64,000 nucleotides of DNA from Tubiluchus corallicola (lineage: Eukaryota; Animalia; Priapulida): positions 496,001-560,000 of the forward strand of contig JAQGDQ010000022.1 of the NCBI GenBank assembly GCA_030141605.1, in the 5' to 3' direction. The translations under genes and the position numbers were made by a program. Positions 46,643-60,700 of this stretch are shown here, piece by piece. A model generated the notes under the pieces. It did not search any database. It was given only the letters and a program-made list of their open reading frames with translations, and was not told the DNA's origin. The stretch's first letter is position 1. Each line of letters starts with the position of its first letter.

Positions 46643-48141
46643 GAAATTATCACCTGTTAAATTTCATTTTTATTACTCCTTGAGATCACAAAACTGGCCT
46701 GTCTTTCAATTTTGCTTCATGTTTTGCTCTTTGTTGCGCTCCAGTGACAATTTTGGATCGTTTACTTTCTAATGTAGACAATTATTATCAAAGTTACCCG
46801 GTTTCATGTACCACAAACACAAACTAAAATTGTGAAAAGCAAAGAGTGTCATGATTGTCTCTCTGATGTGAACTGAATTGAATAATAATTTATTTTTCTC
46901 CAGAACACAACAATTACTATAACAAAATTAAGAACTTGTGAAACGAAGAAGGGACAGTGAAGGGAGGATCATCAAGTCAACTACCCATATAACAATAATT
47001 AATAGCTTGGTGCAGCAAAATTTTGTTATTTTACAGCGAATTTATACAGTTCATGTTGTGAAAACATAAAAATAGTAGCAAAAAATATTTATTATAAAAA
47101 TACAAACAAAAAAACCAAGTCATCCAAACAAGGTCATTAATGCATTAAGGTCGTCATCACATAATGATAGTGTCATGAGTTCAAATCAACTTATTTATTA
47201 AATAAATGTCGCATGGTACCATTCACAGTGACATTAATTTTTGCCTGTCTAACCAGATAGAGTGGACAATGCAGAAAGAACGCATACAAAATAATATGTA
47301 AGCAAAATGGCCAATATACAAATGTAAATCGTAAGGTGAAAGTGTGTGAGATTAACAAAAAATCTAATAATAGTTATGTAGGTCTGCATTCAAATAATTT
47401 TTATATAAAATCCCGCGTAACCAAAACCAGAATATATTTCTCTTTAAAAATCGCGTTTCCACTGATCTAATGATTTAAAAATTTTGCTGCTGTTCATTTC
47501 ATTTGCATTTAACACCGTAACACGCAAATGTCCCACATTTAGGCCTAATAAGTAATATTACAAATTCTGAGATACTTCTATAACGATGAAAATTACAAAT
47601 AAATTTTTGAAAATTATCACAGTGACAAATCTTCAAAAAAATTATGATTCTAAGTGCATGCGCTGTACAAGCTAATTAGCTATTAATGACTAGCTGAGGC
47701 TATAAATTCATGCTAAAAGTTTTAGTTTTATTAGAAAAATACCATTTATCACAATATAACGTATAAGAGATGCAAAAGTATGCATGAATATTGTCTATAA
47801 TGTGTGTATCACCCGTACCCGTACCCGTACGTAGCATCCAATGTAATTATAAATATAAAAGCAAAAATACAGCAAGTACAGTGAACTGACTTTTATTATA
47901 CGTTACTTGCATGATTATTTTCTATTGTCTGTCATTTCCTTCGTAGGCCTAAGTGTTAGAATGTTAGAAATACTTATAATGTTAGAAATACCGAAAAATT
48001 TGTGTGAACCCGGGACTGCTAACTTGAGAATTTTTAAGTTTTTAGTAAGCTTCTTACCATACAATCGATCAGCTGTTTTCTTCTTTTACGCATGTTCATG
48101 ACTTCTGCAGGAAAGCAGCTGAATGGTAGAAGATACGTTGT

Positions 48142-48212
48142 GGGCGGAGCTTGCATTGTGACACGCTGTTTCGAATGCGTGCGCTACAGCTTATTGGCAT
48201 AACCTGCGCAGG
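48142..48212 (+). promoter_or_regulatory. Candidate promoter of gene 3 (GC box GGGCGGAGC, CpG-richer patch)
   Basis: Sp1-type box at 48142-48150 and palindrome CCTGCGCAGG at 48203-48212, just before an ATG-containing exon with a strong donor. Confidence 0.35.
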
Positions 48213-48234
48213 AGTAACTTTTTGCTTAGAAAAA

Positions 48235-48342
48235 ATGGGATATTCGATGGCGTTGGATGCATTGCAGACGAGTGGAGCAAAATTAGAAAACTTCAAGTTC
48301 AGCTTGATTAACGAAGACGATCAAAATAACTCTTTTCAGAAG
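48235..48342 (+). CDS. Candidate first coding exon of unidentified gene 3
   Basis: MGYSMALDALQTSGAKLENFKFSLINEDDQNNSFQK, then AAG|GTAAGG; phase 0, compatible with the exon at 62321. Confidence 0.5.
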
Positions 48343-49844
48343 GTAAGGTCTGCTAATACATTATTTTAGAGTGTAATTTGCATGTACCTGGAGATACACA
48401 AGTAGGTACAGTAACTGATTAAACTTACCAACATTATTTGTATGTCACTGAACGTAGAATCACAGGGTTAAGATATCTTGTCTCGAGTTTGATTGTCTGA
48501 GTAACACATAGACTCGTTTTATTATAATAAAATATGACATTATTACCATGAGCACTAAAAATTCACTAGTAAGATCGCAAATGTATATTGCTTACTGTGC
48601 AAATTTCGCAATGATACATTATGTCGGAGGAAATAGCTGTCTTGATGTGTGCTTGGGTATAAAGTTAAATAACACTTGATGTGTTTAGTAACCGAATGGA
48701 TAACCGTTGGGAAACTGCTTTTATCTGGTTTCATCACCAATATTTGCTTCAGCTATTTCCGTACCGAGTCCAAACGTAAAACTATTGGAGCGTAGTAAAA
48801 AACTCAGCCGATTCAGTGCTTCGTCTTAAAGAATTTATTCTTGCTATGTTTCAGTTATGTTGTAACGATTCAGTTATAGTAGGCCCTGCCGTCGGGTGTT
48901 TGATTTTGGCTTGCAGTGAGTCCTACTCTAGGTTAGATAAAAACTATTCATCGCTGCATGTTTTTCAATGACACAATACCTTAGTGATCTATGTTAGACT
49001 TGGTAGAGCAGAATAGATCGAATCCATTGTTTTTGTAATAATATTTTCCGTATTTGTCAGTCTTGAGTCACCTGCTCTCATTACATTGGGTTTAAGTATA
49101 CACTAGGACTTTGATGAGGGAGGGTAATTTATGAAATCATGAATGTGTCGCAGGTTCCGGTTTCACGTTAGTGAAATATTTGCTGACGGTGCTTGCTTCA
49201 TTGCTCCACGAGTTTAATTTGAGTATCTGGTGATCTCCATAGCTGCCCGTTGACTGCACTGAGATTTTAATATCTTCTAGTTTATATTAAATACTATATG
49301 CACAGAATTAGAGATCTATATTCAATCTATTTGCCTAGCTCCCAGAGTGAACAGTTAAGTCTTGAATTCCCCCTATTTAGTATAGCGCACGTGACAGTGA
49401 CTTCAGTCGTAAGTCTCTGTCAGTCAAACATTAATACTGAAAAGTAGCTTAGATCTAAGGTCTGTTAGGGACAATGTTTCGAGCTTGTAAGTAAAACAAC
49501 AGAGAAGCCTAATAAATAAACACTCACCTATTAACAAACTGCCAGCGTGTGACAACTTCTTTATTTGTTCATCTAAAAGCTACCATGTATTTTTAAACTT
49601 ACTTGAGATCTTGACAGATATGTTTTTCAGGGTATAATTTAGTGAATCTAGGGATAGTCCTGGAGACAATGTTGAATGATAGGCAAAATATTGACAACTT
49701 TAAATTAAGAACTGAAGTAACAAGTGCATGAGGTTGTAGAGTAAGAAACAGCGTACAAATACATATAAAAAATTTGTTTGGTTTGTCAATTCATACATCA
49801 TAACAAACTAGGCTACTTTTCAATAGTTTCCATATTGGACTTTT

Positions 49845-50695
49845 TGGTTAGGTTCGTTTCGAATCGCTACTTATCGGAATATTGTTGTTGGGGAAGGGGG
49901 TGTCCAAGGTTTGTGAAATTGTAAGAGATCATTTTGAAACTTCGCAGGAATATACGAGAACGAATTCTACATCGACTGATGGAGTCCGGATTTTTGATTC
50001 GTCATTTTAAATTTCGAGATATCATTTCCGAAAAAAGCCCAAGGCTCTGTCAATTTTAACGGATCGTCATGAAACATTACGGGAATATAACAGAAAGAAT
50101 TCCGAATCGACTGATGGAGCTCGATCTTCCCTCCGCTATTTTGAATTCAAGATTACGACAATAACATCATTTTCAAAAAAAACCCTAAGGGTCCTCAATT
50201 CCCAATGGACCGTCATGAAGTCTTATAGAAATGTACTAGAATGAATTACACACCGATTGACCGAGCCAGATTTTTCATCATTTTCCGCGCTATATTCAAA
50301 ATCCCGTGACTTCCACTAATTCACAATAGAGTGTCGTGAAGCTTTATAGGAATACACTAGAATGAATTCTGCATCGATTGATGGATTAGATTTTCGATCC
50401 ACTGTTTTGAATTCAAGATGGCAACGATAACATAATTTTCACTGGATCGTCATGAAACTTTGCAGGAACATACTAGAATGAAATTTGCATTGATAGAGTC
50501 GAATCTTCAATTTGCCCTTACGAATTTAAGATGGTGGCATCGACGTCGTTTTCTAAAAAAGCCTGAAAGCCTTTATATTAAATGTAAACCTAAACCTATG
50601 AATGAATATAATAACACAAATTTCGCATGTATTTTTGATCCACAACCTCGAGTTCGGTGAGTTTCTCGACCAGTAGTTCGAGTCGAACTTGTTAT
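49845..50695 (-). mobile_element. Non-autonomous Helentron/DINE-like element with five internal ~115-145 bp tandem units
   Basis: Units containing GTCATGAARCTTT..AGGAA...AGAATGAATTC..CATCGAYTGATGGA start near 49932, 50066, 50211, 50332 and 50448. Short hairpins near both ends (GTTCGAGTCGAAC; TTCGTTTCGAA). Confidence 0.65.
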
Positions 50696-51249
50696 GATCA
50701 AGATGTGGTTATAGTCTTAGGGCCTAACAGAATGAACTGCAGTCTTGGACAGTCAGAACCTACGGTGCTTGAAGATATCTTGAAAAAAAACAGGAAAAAC
50801 GTTTTGGCAAATGTCCCACGTTATCGGAATTGGACACGTTTTCTTCTGTTTTTTGTTACTCAAACTCTGCGTGCGGCCCTTCTTTGCTGATTGGATTATC
50901 ACAACGTAATAGTTTTTGTTTGCAAAAGTGCGGTAGCTTGCTTATGATGTCTTTAATTACATGTATTATATAACCTTCACAATCTTACAAAATTTTCACT
51001 AGGAGGTCAGAATTCTCGAAAGGCTAAATGGAAACTAAAAGCATGGAATCGTACGACATTCGCTGAGAAATTGTCTTGAAACTTTTGAAATTACTATTCA
51101 AACGTGAAGTAACAACTTGGAGTGATAGATTTTTACGTCCTGGTTGCCGAAAGACGGTAAGGTAGATGCTCCAAATTCCATGGCAGTCGTCGAAGCATTA
51201 GTACAAGGATAGTTTACTTTTTGAACTGGTGTAATAAAAGTTACTATTT

Positions 51250-51504
51250 ATTTGTGTATTGCGTTAGAATGTATTAAATTCTATGTTTTGTATTGTATTG
51301 TATTGCATTGCATTGTTTATTTATTACGTGCTCGAATTGTATTTGTATTTTATTGTATTGTACAAATTTGTACTACACAGGATTGCATTGACATGCATTG
51401 CATTCATGAATATTTGTCGGCTAGTATGATACGCACAAAATGCACCCATGCACGGGTTAAACTTCAGTTCGGTTTGCCAACTCGGGCTTCTTTTGTTAAC
51501 CAAG

Positions 51505-51543
<39 letters not shown>

Positions 51544-51730
51544 TTTTCACTTTTTTAATACTTGTTTTCCAAAATTTTTCCAAAGAACATGGCAAGAAAT
51601 TCGCGTTATGTACAGAGTATATTATTATGATTATTATTAGTATTGTTATTATTATAATAATTGTTGTTGTTGGTATCATGATGATGATTTGTGATGATGA
51701 TGATGATGTCGATAATGATGATTATGATTG
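51250..51730. repeat. Compound microsatellite patch: (TATTG)n, (TA)n, (ATT)n, (GAT)n
   Basis: Direct reading; accounts for the spurious ORF 51252-51743. Confidence 0.9.
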
Positions 51731-54700
51731 TTCGTGTACTTAAACCTAAAGTTATACATGTATAATAGATTGACGTATATCACGTGCGTGAGTTACGATT
51801 TACGGCTGTGAATGTACTTTTCATCTGCAAATATGTGCATATGCTGCTCTGAGAAAATAGATAAACACCAGAATGTAAGGCCAGAATTCCGGGCATCATC
51901 CCGCTTCCTGTTATAATGGTTATTGCGACGTCTCCTCGTAAAAACACAAGACATTTAAAATTTAAAGGTTCATGATAACTTGGTCAAATTTGTAAGCCTT
52001 CTGTTTTGCCTTTTTTGAGCGCTGATGATCGGCCAGACATTTAACATTATACAACGAAGTGCAATCGTTTTCATTTAATTTATTGTATACAACATACTCT
52101 ATTTGCAGTAGCATATTTTGCTTGGTTCTTCTTTGTTGATAAGCTGTCAGTGGCACTCGGGTGAAGCGAAGTTCATAACCGCCTCTGTTTGCTAGCACAG
52201 GATGTTCACCGCGAGCTGCACTGCATTTGTGGAAAATGGAAACCTGTTGCAGTCACATGGTTGCTTCCAGGCTGACGCAGGGATAAATCTGGGACTTGCA
52301 TGACGGGTTCTGTTTTGCGCTCGCCTCATCTGGCTCTTATCCAGTTTGCAGTGCACACACGCGCTATCACTTGCATGTTTCTGGAGAGATCGCAGAACTT
52401 TGTTAAGGTGAATGCCATTATTCAAGGTCCCAAGACACAAGAGAGTCGCTGTGCTGCCGCCGAGTGCTCTATTTGTTTCATTCTTGGCTCATGTCTTGTT
52501 TGCTAATTTTGGATTTTTTCCCCCTAGATCAGGTTCCCACTAAACGACCCAGAAGCTTTATTTGAAGAAAATGCAAAATCCGAAACAAAGCGCCGTGAAT
52601 CAGCAATAATTATTGCACAGTGTGTGCTAACTTGAGAGTTATTCTGGGTGTTGGTTTATTTTTCTGTAAATTTAGCCCTAAGAGTTACCATCTGACGGTA
52701 GGATTTTGTTATTATAAAAGCACTTTAAATTGAACAGAAACTGTTGTAGGCAGTCAGTATTTATTAGAAAAACAACTGTAAATATAAACGTGTATGAAAA
52801 AGACCCTCGCTACTTCCGAAAGGTTAGTAACTTTGCGTTCCTGTATCTTCCCACAAAAAACGTTAATTAGAAATTTTGCTTCGTCACTGTGACGGCAAAA
52901 TTAAGCTAAGTTCTGGAGATGCTTTACCTCAGTTATCCTCATAAGCTCTTAAAAGGACGTTAACCGAGTTTTGACAGTGGTTTAGTGAAGTTTTTAATTT
53001 TATTTTGTTTCTAATTGAAAGGTTCTGAAAAATTCTGACAGATTTCTTGTTTTTTAAGTTACTCGTTAGTGCTCTGTTAAAATGTTGAATTATAGATTAT
53101 AGATTATTATAGCTTAGCAAAGCTTAATGATGAGTGGGCCAAGCAACACAAAATACAATCGATCGATTCCACGTGCGTTTTTACACAATGTACGTGTACA
53201 ATGTACTGTACTTGCAAATGCTGTACCTACAGTTAATCGTGTACGGTTGAGAATATTTGCGAAAAAAATTATCAAGCTTGTGCAAACAATCAGACTGATG
53301 AGGTCATGGAAAAAATAGATCATAATGTAGTCCAGAATTTAGTTATTTAGGGCAATACTCACTTAGCTTTGTACGTACTATTACGTCTGTCAAGTTAGAC
53401 GGTCTTTCCTTGTTCTACAAGTCAAGACTTATTCACGATTTGAATTAAAGTTGATAAGATTAAACGTGAATTTGAAGTTTTAATATTTTGCTGTTTATTT
53501 GATGCCAAGTGACTTGTTTAATGTGATCGTCAACCATTTGCAGTCCGTAGAACTAGCAAACCATTCCCTTGTTTAAGTTGTTTTATCCCCTTTCATAGGT
53601 TGGTCATGAACTTCGTCAATGGAAATATTCACCCATTAGCATTTAGATTTCATTATTTGTTAGTTGCTTGACATTCACATTAGTCGACGACCTATAGAAG
53701 GTTTGTGACACTAGTTTCTTTGTTCTTGGTGCTCATTGCCCTTATGCATTATTGTGGGAAAACTTGTTTTAAACAACCCGAGGATAACCAGGGGCCAACT
53801 AGTTATCGAAGAGATACCTAAGCTTTTGAAAAACATCTCTAACGCAGTGTTAACCGAATCAACAGGTGGAACTGCAGCCAGAGTTCATGGAATGTTAAGC
53901 AATCTACAAGTAATATAATTGCACCCGAGGCTCTGTCAACAGGGGTCACTCGCATTGGCCTAATACTTACTGCTTAAATCGTTTAATTGTTATTGTCCTG
54001 CGAAGTTATTGAAATAAATCATAACTTTACAAGACGGTCAGAGGCGTTTAGTATTTTCATTCAAAATGCGACCTTTTAATTACCTTGTAGAGTCGTAAAT
54101 GATGCGAGTGCATACAGTAGACTGAAGATAGCTGTGGTTGCATAAAGGCATGCAGGTGGTTGGCACAGTTTTGCCGCATTGTTAAACTAAGCGTGGAGCT
54201 CGTGTTGTTGACCTGTGTAACTAGTCATTGAAGAAGCAGGTTTACTAGCATTGAAAACCGGAAAATCGCAAAAAAGAAACGTTTGTTAAAGCACATGTAA
54301 TTTTCTTGACGAATATCGTGGGATGAGTGTGGCGTTTTGTCAATGACATTGGCGAGTTTATTGACACGAGAACTTTGTGAGTTGTTGTTTGCGAGTATCA
54401 TAATGTCATAAGTTATCCATAATTTCTGTCTATAACTGTATATTGGTAAAGTTTTCATGCACTGTAGACTAGTGCTAATGACGTTGTAAAAAATACTTGA
54501 CAGAAGACAAAAACGGTGCTTAATGGTGAGTTTGCCATTAACTGTTCTTAAATTCTCTCTTTAAATTGGTAGATTGGTTGTAGACTTGTTCTGTCATGTA
54601 TCTGTGTCAACTAACTGTATTTATTTTGTGCTACTCACGCTATGCGCAATTTCTGTGAAATTTATTTGAGATAGGCAGTTTTTGTACTGCTATGTTTTTA

Positions 54701-57700
54701 GGTGCCATTTATTTTAGATAGGCAGTTTCCTGCTATGTTTTAAGGCGTCAATTATTTTTCCTTTTTCATCTTGTCTCCGCTTGTTTTTCGCTTTTCTTGT
54801 TGCTGCTGTTTGGTGGGTACAGAGATTTTCAGAGGCTTGGGTACAATATTCCTCTTACGATCTCTGTTTTGTTAATTCTTAAGCCGTTCTGAATTATGCA
54901 AATATAATCTAATAGCTTTTTCACCAGTATCCATTGGTTAAGATTAAAACAGTTTATGAAGCTAAAATTTTTTTAGTTACAATCAAATTATTAAAAAGAT
55001 ACTCTCATTTCAGTGTATCATAAAACTTGTCTTTGATTTTCAGGGCCCGCTCGCCTTTATAGAGAAAAACTAGAGCTTACTCAAAATGGCTAAAGAAAAT
55101 AAAGTGACTAAATTATTGTTGGCGAATGAATACCTCTGCAAACTGTGACACTAATAACACAAAAATGGCTAAAAATTTCCCGTGGCTATAATTTCGGCTA
55201 ACAAAAATTCGGTGGATGAGCTGGCCTTGCATTACCCAAATATTGCAAAAGCACTTTATTAAATCCATGAAAAGAAAAGAACACAATAACGAAGTCCTCG
55301 CAACACAAAACATGGGCTTGAGTTTTCATGATGTCCAGTTTGTCCTGCATGCAGCGCATACACACGAAACTAACTTGTGTGTACTTCATTTGCATAAATG
55401 TACTGTGTCCTTTTAGTTTGTGTGAACCACTGTTGATTAAATACGTACCTTTATTTGGGCTTGTAATGCACTTTTGGAAGATTTCCGAAAGAGATGTTTA
55501 GTCGTTTATAAAGTAAAACTGCTAGAATATATAATAAAAGTGCTCTTTAAAGAAGTTTTCACGTGATGTTTTGTTATGGATTGCATCAGCCATATGCAAG
55601 CTGTGCTCCAGTTATTTGTTAATGGTTTTTGGAAGCTGAACGTCTAATAAGTTTACTAGCTCAAGCTATTCGCAGAATCTGGTTTATGAGTGTTACGCAG
55701 CATATACTAGACGAAAACAAGCTGAAGTGTTTCGTGAGATGCTACGCATTTACATTTGCTGCATAATCACATAACAATCACATTATGAAGGCATCGTCTT
55801 GTTTGAATGAGCGCTTGATAATTGACATTAATAGTAGGTACTGACTTTCTGAGTGTAAGCAGTTTGGGCTAACCCTTTCGATTTCTGAATTTCAAGCTTT
55901 AAATGAATGTCTGCAGCAATAGTTCACTAAGGTTATTACGTTTCAAATACAATGTTTGATGCCAAAAAGATGTTTGGCGATCATGAATAAGTTGGATAAG
56001 GCACAAATTCTTTATTTATATCGTTTTTTGGGGTGATGTTACACCTGTGCTATTTGAGCATTTAAAATAAATGTCTATTGTAGGCTACATTATGTATAAT
56101 AAACTTGTATTAATTTTGGTTTTGGGTACCTGGGGCGGGGGAGTCGTGACACCGGATAAAACTAATTAATCCTTCATGCCTATTATTAATTTAGCTCTCT
56201 TAATAGCCATTTTATTTGTATTGTAATTTGGGGCATGAAAGTCAGAAAATGGCTGTGTTGAGTTTTTATTTCGCAAATTACTCTGCTGCAGTATCTGAAT
56301 GACCACAACTTGACCGTGGCTTCCCGTTTCCAGACAGTAGATTTGTCACGCTTGTACATTAAGCTTTAGCTGTTGTAGCTTGTTACGTCTGGGAATGGAT
56401 AAGGCACGCAAGAGGTCATGCAAGAGACTACAGACGCAACACAAAGAAGCCATGTGTGGTTAGGAAAGTGATGAAGCGTTCAGTACTTTTATAAAGCTTA
56501 CTATGTGTAAAATAAAGGTCATCATTCCAGTTGTTTTCTTGCCCTTTCAAGGAACAACTAAAAGATAATTAGTTGGTCTGATGTGTCTGTTTGTGAAAAC
56601 TGAAAAGTCTTTAGATTGAGTGCTGAAGTTTACCAGACTGAAACTTCAGTGATCCTGGTAGGTTGGGAACATAGTCCCTCTTTGGAACAATTACATTTCG
56701 GGGTAGACTCTTCAAAAAAAATCTGCTATAGGTCAAAAATCACTTGTAAGATGTCTGAAATTTTACTTGTAAAATGGTTGTGGTCTTTTCTCAGAATATC
56801 TTTCCTGCTAGATGTCGCAGGTTACATTTTCAAAATTTCTGTATACAATATATACATGTACCTTTAAACTGGCGCAAGATAGACAAATGTTTTATATATA
56901 CAGTGTAATAAGTTGTACATAGGAAATGATGTTTAGGTTTTTCCATTGATATTGCCCCAGAGAGACCACTGTATGAAATCTGTATATATATGCCTCTATT
57001 GTAGTGTATGTTTATTAAATAAATATATTGTTTTGCATAATTGTATGTAAACCTTTATTATAGTCCTCCTGCAGTTTCGAATTTTATGTTTAAAACGTTA
57101 AGTACAATATGTCATCCTTAATGCCAAAGCACGTAAAAACCTGTGTCTAATTGATTTGACTGGAAATGCTAATAACAGTCTTACAACCAACTTAGAAGTT
57201 CTGTAGCTCATATAATAACGTACTAACTATAATTAATCATAATTGCTGGTTTTCTAGCTTCTAAGGTCTCTGTTTGCATCACTACCAATCGAGACTTGCT
57301 TCAAGACTTTATCGTGGTCAGTGGTCTGCTCTTGCTGACTCTCTCGATTACCTCATTTATCGAGCATCGATTTGTGCTTTTGGCGACCTACATGGATCAG
57401 TAACATCGCGAGACAACACGCTATACAGCTCCTGTGAACCTATTTGCCGTGTTTAACACTTTCCGATGACCCAGAGACCTCAAAGCCTTCGCTGTGCGAG
57501 ACAGAAAAAATACGCATGTCGGCATTTGTAATTGTTAGCACGTGGCAGTTATATCAGCATGCCAGATCTCTGGATGATAGTAGCTTTAAAAGAAAGATTG
57601 AAGCTCCGTGCTATGACCGGCCTTAGTTGAATGTTCTTTCTCCCTAGTCAAGGTTAAAGCTGTATGTGTAACCAATGAAAGCTGGCTTCTGTGCTGAACT

Positions 57701-60700
57701 CTGTTGAACTGGTTTCTATGGCAGCAAATAGAAAACTGATCGATAATGGAGAACTTGTGCAGCTCTTCTACGCACTTCAAGTAGCCGCCCGCCACATCTT
57801 TGATGATATGCCTCGTAATTCGCTTGTCTATCGACCAATTTATGTTTATTAAGGACACTAATTTGTTTGTGTGGTTTGACTCTGTTTAGACTGTTGCTAA
57901 GACGTCCGATTGAAGCTGCCCTGACAAGAATCGATAGCACAGGGGGGTGTAAAACTGGGCGATTATAAATTCAATCAGAATTTGTTTAAAGGATCTTACT
58001 TGTGTAAACTCTACAGTGATTTGCTAATTTATTTATTTATTTTATTTTTATTTTAACTCGCCAACCAATGCACATAGCACCATATTAGAAACATTTACAA
58101 CGCTCATAAAATTATTGATAAGACAGATTAAAAATGCAAACTGAAATACATATTAAAATACCATAGTCTAAAAATTTACCATTAAAAATCATTACATAAT
58201 ATCTTTTGCCAGTTTTGAAGAAACAGTGACTCATATAACAGATAATTTATACATTCACCAGTTACGCCATGCATAATAAGCAGCCCTTCCTTATTAAAAC
58301 TTTGAAGTGTGGAACATTATTATGCGCACGTGTATAAGACACTCTCGTACCTAATTCATAATGTTTAAAAAAAATTATTAAGAGCAACATTATACGCCAA
58401 TCTGAGCTTTGCAATATTTTACTTTCTATAGTTACCTCATCCAGACTATCCATATATAGCTACGATAAATTCCACGGCAGTACGATTTGAATACGTTACG
58501 TTTAACTTCCTTTGAATAAAAATAAAATTTACTACATTAGCCGAATACTATTACTTCTGTTCAATCATTCAGTTCATACTTCCATCTACTGTTGGTTTTC
58601 TAACTTTCTGAAAAGCTTAATTCTTTTATTCTTGTGATAAATGTTCCATTACTCATACAGTGCTACATTCAAAAGCATATTTAATTTTTTTTCTGGCACT
58701 TAATGTAATAAATTGTAATTTTGTTCAATTAAACATTCGTTTATCAACCCATCTTTAGTACGATACTGTAACTTTGTGTATGCTAGGTACGCCAGTTAAC
58801 TGAAGTTAAAATTAATTTATTTTGCCTGAGTACATCAGTGCTGCCTGTGATTATTTGCCATTCCATTTATATTGAAATAGTAGCTGAACGAGATTACTTC
58901 TTAGTCGGCTTGCTACCTCTCTACCCTTCGCTTGCATTAGTAGCGATTAGGCCATATTTATCTATATATACCATCGTATACTTACTTTGCTATCTTTGTT
59001 AATCGTAAAGTAGTTACCTATTACATATTACACATTACATGTTACATATTAAGAAAATAATTTCCTTTATGCACTGTTATTCCTGCGTAGATAACACACC
59101 CAGCACTCACCCAGATGGCTAGCGAATTCCGGATGACTGCCGTGTTCAATACTGACACTGTGCAGTTTCATTTGACTCTAGCTATTTGCCTTGTTGAGGA
59201 GGAAGATGTATTCACATACAAACGCGGGTAAAACACCTCTGTTCGTTCAGCGTTTCATCCTATACTTGATCACGAGCAAGGTTCAGATATTGCCACACCC
59301 TATCCGAATTGAATAGACCAAGTTATTGAGCGCCGAGCCGAGCTGTATGTATGTTTGTTTGTGAATTCCATAATCGGCCTAATCCTTACTGGTGCTTTAT
59401 GCTAGCCTTGTGCTCGTAAAATATTCTTGCTATCTTCAGAAAATTACTTTAGGATTTTTCTTTATTTGCTTTACTCGCTAATTACTTTACTCGTAACACT
59501 AGTATGTACATATTTGATACCAGAGATAAAACATACGTTTGACTAATTCTGCAGATGCATAAATCATGAAGACCATAATACATATTTGTTTGTTAAGCAC
59601 AGTTTGACAGTATTTACTGAAGGGAATCTGTGCTACAGACGTCTCAAGCGAAACTTTTACCTGGCCTACCTTAGTAAATTACAGTGCACTGACCTCAGGT
59701 GCGCGTCAACTTCTATCATTCATTGTGTACATTACCTATCTTCAGGGCGTGTTACCTGCTTTAAAGGTCCACGAAACTTTCTCGATGTTTACACTTAAAA
59801 CTTGAAGGCAGGTACAAAGCTTAATTTACATTTGGAGATTAAACTATTGTCTTTTATGGGCCAACATTGAAATATTTTTGCTAATTTATGAAGAAAATTA
59901 TCTTGGTCCACGAAGAGTTTGTGTTTTAAATTTCGCTACATTGTTAACAGTTACTCGTAATTCGATTGTGATAATTTATACTATAATTGATAGTATAAAA
60001 ACAATTCTACTATCATGTATTACCGTATCCACGGGTTTTCGTTTCGAGGGTTATAGTTGAATACAATCACAGATCTGTTGTATTATGTGCGTGATTAGTG
60101 TTTGCTGTTTACACTCCTTGTTTTTAATAAGATCGACATTTTCTGGAATTCAATTTTGGAATCTAATTATAAATTTGTTTGGCTGGACTTTGCGCCATAT
60201 CTTGCAATATTGCAATGTAGTCATTCAAGACCTAACAAGTGTTTGATGTTACGTCAGGAAAGTGCGCACTCTTCACTTGCAATCATAAATCAACATTGAG
60301 CCATCTGGAGAGAGATTGTCTATTTATGTACTAAATTTGCCACAGTGAAGTGCCTTTCTGTTTGTTCACATAATTCATCTGTGTATTAACAACCACATGA
60401 TTGTTCACCTCTGATAGGCCTGGGCGTATTAGAACTGGAGCTGCCAAGTTTGCGAACAAAACGTGTGTCACGTAGAGGTGAGCACAAAAGCGTGGAGTGT
60501 ATTTTTGCAGTGGCCTGCCTGCACCCTGAACTAAATGATGCGCTCAGCAAGTTCAATGTACTGATCACGTAATCACTCACCCTTAGAACCATCAAGTAAT
60601 CATATCCTTTTTCAACTAACTCAGCTTTTATTTGCTGTGGTGCAACTGTGCAGTGAACGTGTGTTGTTAAACACTCTGTCAGCAGTTTGGATGACGAAAT

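Noticed and set aside
49930-50520. Repeat-spacer-like array as a possible CRISPR
   Set aside because: Repeats are long and diverged, the 'spacers' are mutually homologous, there are no cas genes, and the context is eukaryotic.
51252-51743. 163-aa hydrophobic ORF
   Set aside because: Built from microsatellites, with a TTG start; not a gene.
55697-55715. GCAGCATATACTAG resembling U6 snRNA near TUT1
   Set aside because: The match is too short, with no ACAGAGA box or the rest of U6.
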